Source of the DNA: Acidimicrobiales bacterium
Lineage (GTDB): Bacteria > Actinomycetota > Acidimicrobiia > Acidimicrobiales > Aldehydirespiratoraceae
Direction of reading: 5' to 3'
Length of the DNA stretch: 64,000 nt
Assembly (NCBI GenBank): GCA_963667505.2
Contig: OY763490.2
Span: forward strand, 3,245,773-3,309,772
Made by a program: the position numbers and the translations under genes. The notes under the pieces are model-generated. The model searched no databases, was not told where the DNA came from, and saw nothing but the letters and a program-made list of their open reading frames with translations. Of this stretch, positions 36,211 through 44,611 are shown one piece after another (the stretch's first letter is position 1; every line of letters starts with the position of its first letter).

Positions 36211-38396
36211 AGTGTCGTACCGGCCTTGACGGCCCGGCGATGAGCCCGGAGTATGCGCTCGGTGTAGCCGTTGGGCTCGGTGCGGGCCGAGCGGACCAAC
36301 TCCGCCGCGGCCTGGAAGGGGATGCTGGCGTCGTAGTCGGGCGCCATCGGCCGGTAGAGGGAATCTCCGCTGTTCTGCTGGTCGACGAGATTGGCCATGC
36401 GCCGCAGGGTCTTGTGCACCTGATCCTCGGTGACCAGCCCGTGGTGGAGCCAGTTGGCGATGTGCTGGCTGGAGATGCGCAGCGTGGCCAGGTCCTCCAT
36501 CAGGCCGATGCCGTTGACGTCGAGCACGGTGGAGCACCCCACGCCGTGGCCCACCCAGCGCACGACGTATCCGAGGATGCCTTGAACGTTGTTGTCGAGT
36601 TCCCGCTGGACTTCCGCGGGGCCCAGTTCCCGGCCGGGGGGCAGCGCCGGGATGTCGATCAGGTCGGCTGGAGAGGCCGGCGGCCGGCCGTCCAGACGGC
36701 GCTGGCGGTCGGCCACATCAACGGCGAAGTAGTGCAGGGCATGGAGGGTGGCCGCAGTGGGCGAAGGCACCCAGGCCGTGCTCGCCCCAGCGAGAGGATG
36801 CTGGATCTTGGCCTTCACCATGGCGGCCATCTCTGTCGGCATGGTCCACATGCCCTTGCCGATCTGGGCCCGGCCCCTGAGTCCGCAAGCCAGGCCGGTG
36901 TCGACGTTGGAGTTCTCGTAGGCGCCGAGCCATGTCGCCGCCTTCATCTCGGCTTTGGGGATCATCGGACCGGCTTCCATGTCGGTGTGGATCTCGTCGC
37001 CGGTGCGGTCAAGGAAGCCGGTGTTGATGAACACCACCCGGTCGCGGGCTGCTGCGATCGCCGCGGTCAGACCCAGCGACGTGCGCCGCTCCTCGTCCAT
37101 GATTCCCATCTTCAGGGTGGAACGGGACAGTCCGAGGGCGTCCTCGACCCTCCCGAACAGGTCGCAGGCCAGCGCCACCTCGTCGGGACCGTGCATCTTG
37201 GGCTTGACGATGTACACGGAGCCGGCCGCCGAGTTGCGGACCGGCCGGCCCTCGATGCGGCCATGCCCTCGCAGGTCTTGCAGGGCGCACAGCGCGCTGA
37301 CCATGGCGTCGAGCATCGTCTCGTGGATCGGCTCGTCATGGATCGTCACCATGTCGGTGGTGAGGTGCGGGCCGACATTGCGGACCAGCATCAGGCTGCG
37401 GCCCGGAAGCGTCAGAGGGCTGCCGTCGGTGCCGTTGAAGGAGCGGTCGCCGTTCAGGGCGCGATGCACCCGGGTGCCGTCGTCTCGCACGAAGCTCGCG
37501 TCCAGGTCGCCCTTCATCAGGCCGAGCCAGTTGCGGTAGACGACGACCTTGTCCTCGGTGTCCACCGCTGAGACCGAGTCTTCGTAGTCCATGATGGTGG
37601 TGACGGCCGACTCGAGGCGGATGTCGTGGACGCCCGCGTGGTCGCGCCCGCCCACTGGATGGCCGCGGTCGATGCAGACTTCGCAGTGCAGGCCGTTCTT
37701 GTGCAGCAGGATGGAGGCCGGTGCCTCCGCAGCGCCGGTGTATCCGACCAGCCGCTCGGGCTGCAGCATGGTGGAGGTGGTGCCGTCACCGTTGCGGGCC
37801 TGCAATTCTCCCTCGACGATCCTGTACTCGGTGATCCAGGCGTGCGAGGCCGAATCGAGAGCGAAGTGGCGGTCGAGGAAGGCGCGCCCCTCCGCCACCA
37901 CCCGGTCGCCTCTGATCGGGTTGTAGCCCCCACCTCTGCCGCAGCCGTCCGCCTCCGACAGCACGTCGGTTCCGTAGAGGGCGTCGTAGAGGCTGCCCCA
38001 GCGGGCGTTGGCCGCGTTGAGCGCATAGCGGGCGTTGTCGAGCGGCACCACGAGCTGAGGCCCGGCCACCGTGGCGATCTCCGGGTCCACGTTGGAGGTG
38101 GCCGCGGCGAACGGGCCGTCGTCGGGCCGCAGGTATCCGATGCTGCGAAGGAAATCGGCGTAGGCCTCTGGGTCGTGGTCTCGACCCTCGGCCCGGCCGG
38201 CCCGGTGCCAGTCGTCGATCTGGGCTTGGAGGTCGTCGCGCCGGGCCAGCAGCGCGGCGTTGCGCGGACCGAGTTCCGCGACGATCGACTCGAAGGCCTC
38301 CCAGAACTCGCTGGCCTCTATGCCCGTGCCGAACAGAGCCTCGTCGGCCACGAAGTCGTAGAGCGGTTGGTCAATCTCAAGTCTGCCGATGTGCAT
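36207..38396 (-). CDS. glcB: malate synthase G
   Basis: 729 aa from MHIGRLEIDQPLYDFV. Family-typical stretches are present (GSVYIVKPKMHGPDEV, MGIMDEERRTS, DRVVFINTGFLDRTGDEIHT). Confidence 0.9.
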   Translation of the reverse strand: MHIGRLEIDQPLYDFVADEALFGTGIEASEFWEAFESIVAELGPRNAALLARRDDLQAQIDDWHRAGRAEGRDHDPEAYADFLRSIGYLRPDDGPFAAATSNVDPEIATVAGPQLVVPLDNARYALNAANARWGSLYDALYGTDVLSEADGCGRGGGYNPIRGDRVVAEGRAFLDRHFALDSASHAWITEYRIVEGELQARNGDGTTSTMLQPERLVGYTGAAEAPASILLHKNGLHCEVCIDRGHPVGGRDHAGVHDIRLESAVTTIMDYEDSVSAVDTEDKVVVYRNWLGLMKGDLDASFVRDDGTRVHRALNGDRSFNGTDGSPLTLPGRSLMLVRNVGPHLTTDMVTIHDEPIHETMLDAMVSALCALQDLRGHGRIEGRPVRNSAAGSVYIVKPKMHGPDEVALACDLFGRVEDALGLSRSTLKMGIMDEERRTSLGLTAAIAAARDRVVFINTGFLDRTGDEIHTDMEAGPMIPKAEMKAATWLGAYENSNVDTGLACGLRGRAQIGKGMWTMPTEMAAMVKAKIQHPLAGASTAWVPSPTAATLHALHYFAVDVADRQRRLDGRPPASPADLIDIPALPPGRELGPAEVQRELDNNVQGILGYVVRWVGHGVGCSTVLDVNGIGLMEDLATLRISSQHIANWLHHGLVTEDQVHKTLRRMANLVDQQNSGDSLYRPMAPDYDASIPFQAAAELVRSARTEPNGYTERILRAHRRAVKAGTTL

Positions 38397-38443
38397 CGGG
38401 TCAGCTAACCATGTCCGGTCCGTTCCCAACCAGCCCGGCCGTC

Positions 38444-38511
38444 GGGACGGGGAGACTGCTGGCACGGGGAGGCCGCTGGGACGGGGAGGCCGCTGGGACG
38501 GGGATCCGATG
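38444..38511. repeat. 4 x 17-bp G-rich tandem repeat in the glcB/antiporter divergent intergenic region
   Basis: Units are GGGACGGGGAGACTGCT, GGCACGGGGAGGCCGCT, GGGACGGGGAGGCCGCT and GGGACGGGGATCCGATG. There are four GGGG tracts plus interspersed GGG. Confidence 0.9.
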
Positions 38512-38615
38512 GGGGGCCGTCCGATCAAACCGGACGCAGGAGGCTGGCTGCTGGCAGCCGGGATCGGTCGTCGCTAGTCTCGACGATCGCCGTCGACGAC
38601 CGGTGGAGGACGGCC

Positions 38616-40286
38616 TTGATCGACGAGGTCCTGTTCCCGATCGGGCTCCTCATAGTTGTGGCGAAGCTCATGGAGGGCTTCCTAGGCCGGCTGCGGCTGA
38701 ACTCGATAGTGGCCTACGCGCTGACCGGGATGATGCTCGGGCCGGTCCTCGGCTTCGTGGAGCCCACCTCCGAGCTCCACCTGTTCCTCGATATCGGCAT
38801 CTTCGTGCTCTTCTTCATCATCGGCCTCGAGGAGATCGACGTCCCTGCCTTCGTATCCACCCTGCGGGGCCGCTATTTCCTGGCCGCCATCATCTCAGTG
38901 GGGATCTCGATGCTGGCCGCGATGGCCGTCGTCTCGGATCTCTTCGACGCCGGCTTCGTGCTGGGCCTCGGGCTCGCGGACGCGCTGGCGCTGTCGGGCG
39001 TGCTGTCCCTGTCCAGCCTCGGCCTCGTGGCCAAGGTCCTGGCTGACGGCGGCCACCTCAAGGAGCCGATCGGGCTCAAGATGTTCGCGGTGGTGATCAT
39101 CGCCGAAGTGCTCGCCCTGCTCCTGGTGGGGTTCACCGTCGGCCAGACCGGTGAGGGACTGAGCTATCTGGGGGTGCTTCGGCTCTTCGGCCAGATCATC
39201 GGCTTCGTAGTGGTCGCTTGGATCCTGTCGGCAAGGCTGCTCCCCGCGGCGATCGGCTTCCTGCAACGGTTCCTGAACGTCCCGGAACTGTCGTTCGGAC
39301 TGCTCATCGGGGGTTTGTTCCTAATGGTGGTGGCAGCCGAGAGCGTCGGCCTGCATGGAACGATCGGCGCGCTGCTGTTCGGGGCGGCCCTGTCGGGGCT
39401 CCCCCATGAGATCCGAGCCGACATCCTGCCCGGGATGCGCAGCGCTTCGGAAGGGCTGTTCGTGCCGCTCTTCTTCGCCTCGGCGGGCTTGCACTTCGAC
39501 CTGTCCTTCGCTGACCTGCCCGCGGCCACCATCGCGGCCTTGGTGCTCGTGCCATTGTTGGGCAAGTTCCTCGGTGCCTTCGTCGGCGCCCGCGTCACCC
39601 GGATAGAGAGCCCGTTGGCTCTGACCGCCGGTCTGATGGCCAAGGGTGTGGCCGAGATCGCGCTGCTGCTGGTGCTCTTCGATGTCGGCGTGATCGACAA
39701 GCGGGTGTTCTCGTTGCTGGTGCTGGTCATGCTGGGCTACATACTGCTGATGCCCCAGGTGATCGGGCTGGCTGTGAGAAGGGCCCGCGAGACCGACCGC
39801 TCCGAGCTGCCGAGGTCGCTGCCTCCCTCGTTCGCTCGCCTCGCCCTTGAGGATGTGAAGGTCAGCAACGTCCTCGACACGGCCCGGGCCTATCCGGCAC
39901 CTCGGATCTCGGTGAGGGACTTCGTGAGCGAGTGGAGGGTGCCGAACCAGCACGACTACCTGGTAGTGGAGGACGGCCAGGTCGCGGGGATCGTCTCGAT
40001 GGTCAGGCTGCGGTTGCTCCCCAGAGGCTCCTGGGCCACCACCACGCTGAAGGACGTGCTCCGCCAGACCACGCCCCGAGCCCATCCAGACGAGCCGCTA
40101 GACGACGTGCTCGAGCGCATGACCCATCACTCGCTCACGGTGATCCCGGTAACCGATCCGGAATCGGGCGAGTTCCTTGGCTCGGTCGCAAGCCACGACG
40201 TCGTGGACCTCATCCTGTTGATGGACGAGATCGAGGGCGAGCTGCTGCAGCTGGACGAAGACGAGGAGACCCCGGAATCCCCGTAG
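38616..40286 (+). CDS. cation:proton antiporter (CPA family) with C-terminal CBS pair
   Basis: About 400-aa multi-TM Na_H_exchanger-like region, then two CBS-like modules (DYLVVEDGQVAGIVS; SLTVIPVTDPESGEFLGSVASHDVV). Non-ATG start. Confidence 0.75.
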   Translation: MIDEVLFPIGLLIVVAKLMEGFLGRLRLNSIVAYALTGMMLGPVLGFVEPTSELHLFLDIGIFVLFFIIGLEEIDVPAFVSTLRGRYFLAAIISVGISMLAAMAVVSDLFDAGFVLGLGLADALALSGVLSLSSLGLVAKVLADGGHLKEPIGLKMFAVVIIAEVLALLLVGFTVGQTGEGLSYLGVLRLFGQIIGFVVVAWILSARLLPAAIGFLQRFLNVPELSFGLLIGGLFLMVVAAESVGLHGTIGALLFGAALSGLPHEIRADILPGMRSASEGLFVPLFFASAGLHFDLSFADLPAATIAALVLVPLLGKFLGAFVGARVTRIESPLALTAGLMAKGVAEIALLLVLFDVGVIDKRVFSLLVLVMLGYILLMPQVIGLAVRRARETDRSELPRSLPPSFARLALEDVKVSNVLDTARAYPAPRISVRDFVSEWRVPNQHDYLVVEDGQVAGIVSMVRLRLLPRGSWATTTLKDVLRQTTPRAHPDEPLDDVLERMTHHSLTVIPVTDPESGEFLGSVASHDVVDLILLMDEIEGELLQLDEDEETPESP

Positions 40287-40373
40287 CGCGGCCTTGGATC
40301 CACGGGCCCGTCTGCGGCCCGGGCCGTCTATGCCGCCTGGGCCCGGTGCCGGTCGGCTGTCGGCGGTCTGAGG

Positions 40374-42410
40374 TCAGCGGTGCGACATCTGCGTGACGGC
40401 GTCCACGACCCGGGCTGCAGACGGAAGGTAGGCATCTTCCAGGGGCGGGCTGAAGGGCACCGGCGAGCGGGCCGCGGTGATTCGAGCCACGGGGGCGCGA
40501 AGCTGGTCGAACACAGCCTCTGTGATGGTGGCGGCAAGTTCGGAGGCCATGCTGCAGCCGGGCGGACTCTCGTCGATCACGACTGCTCGGCCGGTGCGCT
40601 CCACCGAGGCGGCGACAGTGCCCGCGTCGAGGGGCGACAGGGTCCGCAGATCGATGACCTCGGCCGAGGTCTGGTGCTCGGCCGCCAGCCGTTCGGCGGC
40701 TTGGACAGCCAACGGCACGGTCGCGCCGAAGGCGATCAGGCTCACGTCGTCGCCGCGGCGCTGCACCGCGGCCTTCCCGATCGGCAGCCCATAGCGTCCT
40801 TCGGGCAAGGGCCCGCGGGTGCGGTACAGGCCCATGTGCTCCAGGAACACGACCGGGTCGTTGTCGGCGATCGCCTGCAGGAGCAGGCCCTTGGCGGTAG
40901 CCGGAGTGGCCGGAGCCACCACCTTCAGGCCCGGAATGCTGGCGAAGATCTGGTGAAGCGTGTCGGAGTGCTGGCCTCCGGCCCGGAGCCCGGCGCCGGC
41001 CGCCATGCGCAGCACCACAGGCACGTCGGCCTGGCCGCCGAACATGTAGCGCATCTTGGCGGCCTGGTTGAAGATCTGGTCGAAGCAGTACGGGATGAAG
41101 CTGGCCCACATGACATCGACCACAGGCCGCAGGCCGGCCACGGCCGCCCCGACGGCTGCGCCCACGAAACCGGCCTCCGAGATCGGGGTGTCGCGGACAC
41201 GGGTGGGACCGAACTCCTCGATCAGGCCCTTGGTGGCGCCGAACGTACCGCCCATGGCGCCCTCCAGGGGGGCGCCGAGCCCGGCGCCGCCGGCGATGTC
41301 CTCGCCGAGAACGATTACACGGGTGTCGGCCCGCATGGCTTCGACCAGCGCTTCATGGACGGCCTGGAGATAGGAGCCCTCCCGCGCGGTCGTCGGCGGC
41401 TCGCGCGCCGGTTCTCGGTCGGGCCGCTCCTCGCTGATCACGTAGCGCTCGACTTCTGCCGGATCGGGCCAGGGCGCGGCCCGAGCGGCGCGGTAGGCGT
41501 CGTCGAGTTCGGCTTCGACCTCGGCCGTCAAGGCCCGGGCGTCGACGCCCGCGGAGCTGACCAGCCGCGCGACGGGGTCGGTGGCCCGAGCGGCGCGGCG
41601 CTGCTCGCGGGAACGGTAGTGCTCGGGATCGCCGACGTAGTGGCCGCGCATTCGCACGATCTTGGCCTCGACGAGGGTGGGGCCGTCGCCCCGGCGGGCT
41701 CGGTCGATGGCGGTTCCGGCCCCGGTGAGCACATCGAGGTAGTCCGACCCGTCGACCACCGCGGCGGCCATGCCGTAGGCCTGGGCCCGCACCGCTATGT
41801 CGGTGACGCTGGTGGCGTAGGCGGCGGGCGTCGACTCGGCCCAGCCGTTGTTCTCGCACACGAAGACCACCGGCAGACGCCAGATCGCGGCCAGGTTGAG
41901 TGACTCGTGGAAGATGCCTTGGTTGGCTGCTCCGTCGCCGAAGAACGAGACGGCCACCCGGCCGTCGCCGAGCACGCTGGCCGCCAGTGCCGCGCCGACG
42001 GCCAGCGAGATGCCGCCGCCCACGATGGCGTTCGCGCCGAGCACGCCCTTCGTGAAGTCGGCGATGTGCATTGATCCGCCTCGGCCCTTGCACAGGCCGC
42101 TCTCCCGTCCGTAGAGCTCCGACACCATCGCGGCGAGGTCGCAGCCCTTGGCGATGCAGTGGCCGTGGCCCCGGTGGGTGCTGGTGATGATGTCGTCTTC
42201 GTTCAGATGGGCGCAGACCCCCGCGGCCACCGGCTCGGCGCCGTGGTAGGTGTGAACGAAACCGGGCATGTCGCCCTTGGCGAACTCTCGGAGGACCCGG
42301 TCCTCGAACACCCGGATGCGCAGCATCGTCCGCAGTCCGGCCTCGAGCAGCTCCGCGGGCGTCCCCGGCATCACGGGCTGCGGGTCGGGCGGGCTCGGGG
42401 ATCGGTCCAT
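40374..42410 (-). CDS. fused TPP-dependent dehydrogenase E1 alpha-beta protein
   Basis: 678 aa. The N-terminal half has E1-alpha motifs (TSTHRGHGHCIAKG, GRGGSMH, VSFFGDGAANQG, CENN). The C-terminal half has E1-beta motifs (VIVLGEDI...RVRDTPISEAGFVGAAVGAAVAGLRPVV). Confidence 0.85.
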   Translation of the reverse strand: MDRSPSPPDPQPVMPGTPAELLEAGLRTMLRIRVFEDRVLREFAKGDMPGFVHTYHGAEPVAAGVCAHLNEDDIITSTHRGHGHCIAKGCDLAAMVSELYGRESGLCKGRGGSMHIADFTKGVLGANAIVGGGISLAVGAALAASVLGDGRVAVSFFGDGAANQGIFHESLNLAAIWRLPVVFVCENNGWAESTPAAYATSVTDIAVRAQAYGMAAAVVDGSDYLDVLTGAGTAIDRARRGDGPTLVEAKIVRMRGHYVGDPEHYRSREQRRAARATDPVARLVSSAGVDARALTAEVEAELDDAYRAARAAPWPDPAEVERYVISEERPDREPAREPPTTAREGSYLQAVHEALVEAMRADTRVIVLGEDIAGGAGLGAPLEGAMGGTFGATKGLIEEFGPTRVRDTPISEAGFVGAAVGAAVAGLRPVVDVMWASFIPYCFDQIFNQAAKMRYMFGGQADVPVVLRMAAGAGLRAGGQHSDTLHQIFASIPGLKVVAPATPATAKGLLLQAIADNDPVVFLEHMGLYRTRGPLPEGRYGLPIGKAAVQRRGDDVSLIAFGATVPLAVQAAERLAAEHQTSAEVIDLRTLSPLDAGTVAASVERTGRAVVIDESPPGCSMASELAATITEAVFDQLRAPVARITAARSPVPFSPPLEDAYLPSAARVVDAVTQMSHR

Positions 42411-42427
42411 CCGTCTGGGCCTCGTCG

Positions 42428-42676
42428 TCAGCCCGGGTCCGGCCCGGCGGCGATGACCCCGATGCGGGTGCCGATGGGGGCTTCGAGGCCCGGCTCGGCC
42501 TCATGGCGGATCAGGCCTGAGAACTCGGCCTCGATCTCCATCTCCACCTTGTCGCTCTCCATCACGAACAGCGGCTCGCCCGCTTCGACTTCGCCGCCGT
42601 CCTCGACGAGCCACTCGACCAGGGTGACGTCCCCCTCGTACATCCCCGTCTTGGGCAGGATCACCTCGCGGGTCAT
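42428..42676 (-). CDS. stand-alone lipoyl/biotinyl-attachment domain protein (82 aa)
   Basis: VEAGEPLFVMESDKVEMEIEAEFSG carries the lipoyl-lysine motif. No E2 catalytic domain follows. Confidence 0.75.
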   Translation of the reverse strand: MTREVILPKTGMYEGDVTLVEWLVEDGGEVEAGEPLFVMESDKVEMEIEAEFSGLIRHEAEPGLEAPIGTRIGVIAAGPDPG

Positions 42677-42720
42677 CGCCGGTGCATCCCCGTCTTGGGC
42701 AGGATCGCGGCGCCGGTCAT
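42673..42720 (-). CDS. repeat-encoded 15-codon mini-ORF (MTGAAILPKTGMHRR), proximal copy
   Basis: ATG at 42720. Its TGA overlaps the lipoyl-gene ATG (ATGA). Translation status unknown. Confidence 0.2.
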   Translation of the reverse strand: MTGAAILPKTGMHRR

Positions 42721-42764
42721 CGCCGGTGCATCCCCGTCTTGGGCAGGATCGCGGCGCCGGTCAT
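42717..42764 (-). CDS. repeat-encoded 15-codon mini-ORF (MTGAAILPKTGMHRR), distal copy
   Basis: The ATG at 42764 overlaps the GntR stop (ATGA). Its TGA overlaps the next mini-ORF ATG. Translation status unknown. Confidence 0.2.
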   Translation of the reverse strand: MTGAAILPKTGMHRR

Positions 42765-43462
42765 CGCTCGGGGCTAGGGCCAGCCGTGCGGATGGCGCCG
42801 TAGAGGATGTGGAGCGTGTCGGTCGTCAGATGGAGGTGCTGGCCCAGGACCTCGGCGAGTTCGTCGCCGCGGCGTTCCTCGCACAGCTCGACCATGCGCC
42901 GGTGCTGCTCGTCGGCCACGGGAAGGGCGGCCCCCCGGGTGAGCATCAGGTATCGCTTGGTCACCCCCCACAGCCGGTCGAGAGCCCTCTCGATGGTGGG
43001 CGTGAGGCCGGGGGCCAGCAGGACTCGATGGAACCGCTGGTGGGTTGCGATGTAGCCGGCGTCCATGGTTCCGGGCGTCTCGGCTGAGTTCTCCACATCG
43101 GCCAGGGCGGCGTGCAGAACCGGGATGTGCTTGTCGGGCATGCCCGCCGCGGCGCGCCGCGCCACCGGTGGCTCGATGAGGCGGCGCAGGTCGTACACGT
43201 CGGCGAGCTCGTCCAGCGAGATCCTGGTGGCCACCGCTCCCACGTTGGGCATTGTTTCCACCAGCCCCTCGGCCTGGAGCATCCGGATGCCCTCCCTGAT
43301 CGGGATGTGGGAGACCTGGAGGCGCCGCTCCAGGTCTCGGACATTGATGCGCTCGCCGGGGCCGATCGTGCCGTCGAGGATCAGACTGCGCACCTCCTCC
43401 GCGACGGCGTCGGGCACCGAGGTGGAGTTCTTCCTCGACTCGCGGCTGCCAGTGACGTTCAT
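42761..43462 (-). CDS. GntR/FadR-family transcriptional regulator
   Basis: 233 aa. wHTH region RINVRDLERRLQVSHIPIREGIRMLQAEGLV plus a helical FCD-like C-terminus. This is the C-terminal part of the 608-aa tracked ORF. Confidence 0.8.
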   Translation of the reverse strand: MNVTGSRESRKNSTSVPDAVAEEVRSLILDGTIGPGERINVRDLERRLQVSHIPIREGIRMLQAEGLVETMPNVGAVATRISLDELADVYDLRRLIEPPVARRAAAGMPDKHIPVLHAALADVENSAETPGTMDAGYIATHQRFHRVLLAPGLTPTIERALDRLWGVTKRYLMLTRGAALPVADEQHRRMVELCEERRGDELAEVLGQHLHLTTDTLHILYGAIRTAGPSPER

Positions 43463-43518
43463 CGGGCCGTCACCTGTTCGCGCTCGCTCTAGGCCCCGGG
43501 GGCGTGGACGCGGCGGTG

Positions 43519-44562
43519 TCATATCTCGGCTCCTGTGGCTCGACGCTCGAAGTATCTGCTGGTGGCGTCGAGGGCGGCCGCGGCCACGAGGGCGACGCCG
43601 GCGCTCACCCGGACCCAGAAGGGCTTGGCCCCGAGCAGCAGCAGCCCGTCGTTGAGCACGCCGATGAACAGCACCCCGGCCGCTACGCCGAGAAGGTTGC
43701 CCTTTCCGCCACCGAAGGCCACTCCGCCCAGCAGGATCGCGCTGAGCACCTCGATCTCGATCCCCTCGCCCAGGGTCGGGGGTGCCGAGTTGAGCCGGGA
43801 CACCAGCACCACGGCGCCCACGCCCGCGCCGACACTGCTGGCGATGTACAGCAGGAGAGGCAGCCGCCACAGGCTGATGCCGGCCCGGCGGGCCGCTTCG
43901 GCGTTCACGCCGAGGGCCATCATGTGGCGCCCCCACAGCGTCTTGGTGTGGAACAGCCCGCCGATGATGAAGATCGCCCCGGCGATCACCACCGGATTGG
44001 GAATGCCGACGCCGGGTAGTAGGCCCTGGCCGATCTCTTGGAACCCGCCGGTCCACCCGCTGGCCAGATCCCCGTCGTTGACCACGAAGGTGAGGCCCCG
44101 GACTGCGGTGTAGAAGCCCAAGGTGACGATTATCGGAGCGAAGCGCCCCAGCGTCGCCAGGGCGCCCTGGGAGGCGCCGACCGTGCCCGCCAGGAGGATG
44201 GCGACGACGCAGGCGAGGACGGGTTGGACCCCCGCCTCGAGCTGTTTGCCCAGAACGACCGCGCTCAGGCCGAGGGTAGACCCGACCGCGAAGTCGATGT
44301 AGCCCGACATCAAGAGCAGAGCCGTGGGCACCGCCATGATTCCGACCACGGCCACTTGCAGGAAGATGAGCCGGATGTTGGCCGTGGTCATGAACTTCTC
44401 GGACTGCGACCAGAAGAAGAGCACCTCCACGACAAGCGCGACGACGATGCCGTTCCTGAGGAACCCGGCTCGGACCCGGGCGAGCCGAGCCTCGGGATCG
44501 GCGCCCACCGCGCCCGCCGTGCGGACGCGCGGCTTCGTAGGGGAAGCTCCGGCAGTGCTCAT
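43519..44562 (-). CDS. ABC transporter permease (RbsC/BPD_transp_2 type)
   Basis: 347 aa with about 10 TM. Typical N-terminus ...NGIVVALVVEVLFFW.... Confidence 0.8.
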   Translation of the reverse strand: MSTAGASPTKPRVRTAGAVGADPEARLARVRAGFLRNGIVVALVVEVLFFWSQSEKFMTTANIRLIFLQVAVVGIMAVPTALLLMSGYIDFAVGSTLGLSAVVLGKQLEAGVQPVLACVVAILLAGTVGASQGALATLGRFAPIIVTLGFYTAVRGLTFVVNDGDLASGWTGGFQEIGQGLLPGVGIPNPVVIAGAIFIIGGLFHTKTLWGRHMMALGVNAEAARRAGISLWRLPLLLYIASSVGAGVGAVVLVSRLNSAPPTLGEGIEIEVLSAILLGGVAFGGGKGNLLGVAAGVLFIGVLNDGLLLLGAKPFWVRVSAGVALVAAAALDATSRYFERRATGAEI

Positions 44563-44611
44563 TCTGGTCGGGATCGCCTTGGGTCAAGAGCGGCCCGCGC
44601 CTGACTCGGGA

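Larger units (their letters stand above)
42641..42767 (-). repeat. 44-bp tandem repeat (about 2.9 copies) duplicating the 5' end of the lipoyl-carrier gene
   Basis: CATCCCCGTCTTGGGCAGGATC occurs at 42641, 42685 and 42729. Copies at 42685-42728 and 42729-42767 are identical. The copy at 42641-42684 has 4 mismatches. Confidence 0.95.

Noticed and set aside
38444-38511. Possible CRISPR array (17-bp repeats here, and the 44-bp repeats at 42641-42767)
   Set aside because: The repeats are directly tandem with no spacers, there are only 3-4 units, and no cas genes are present. They are simple tandem repeats.
38411-39046. 211-aa plus-strand ORF covering the G-rich repeat and the 5' end of the antiporter gene
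   Set aside because: It is out of frame with the clearly membrane-protein-like antiporter ORF. Its translation is Arg/Gly-rich, and the repeat-encoded part is an artefact of the tandem repeat.
40287-40373. Bidirectional terminator between the convergent antiporter and fused-E1 genes
   Set aside because: I could find only a weak 7-bp stem (CCGGGCC...GGCCCGG) with a loop of about 14 nt. That is not convincing without an energy calculation.
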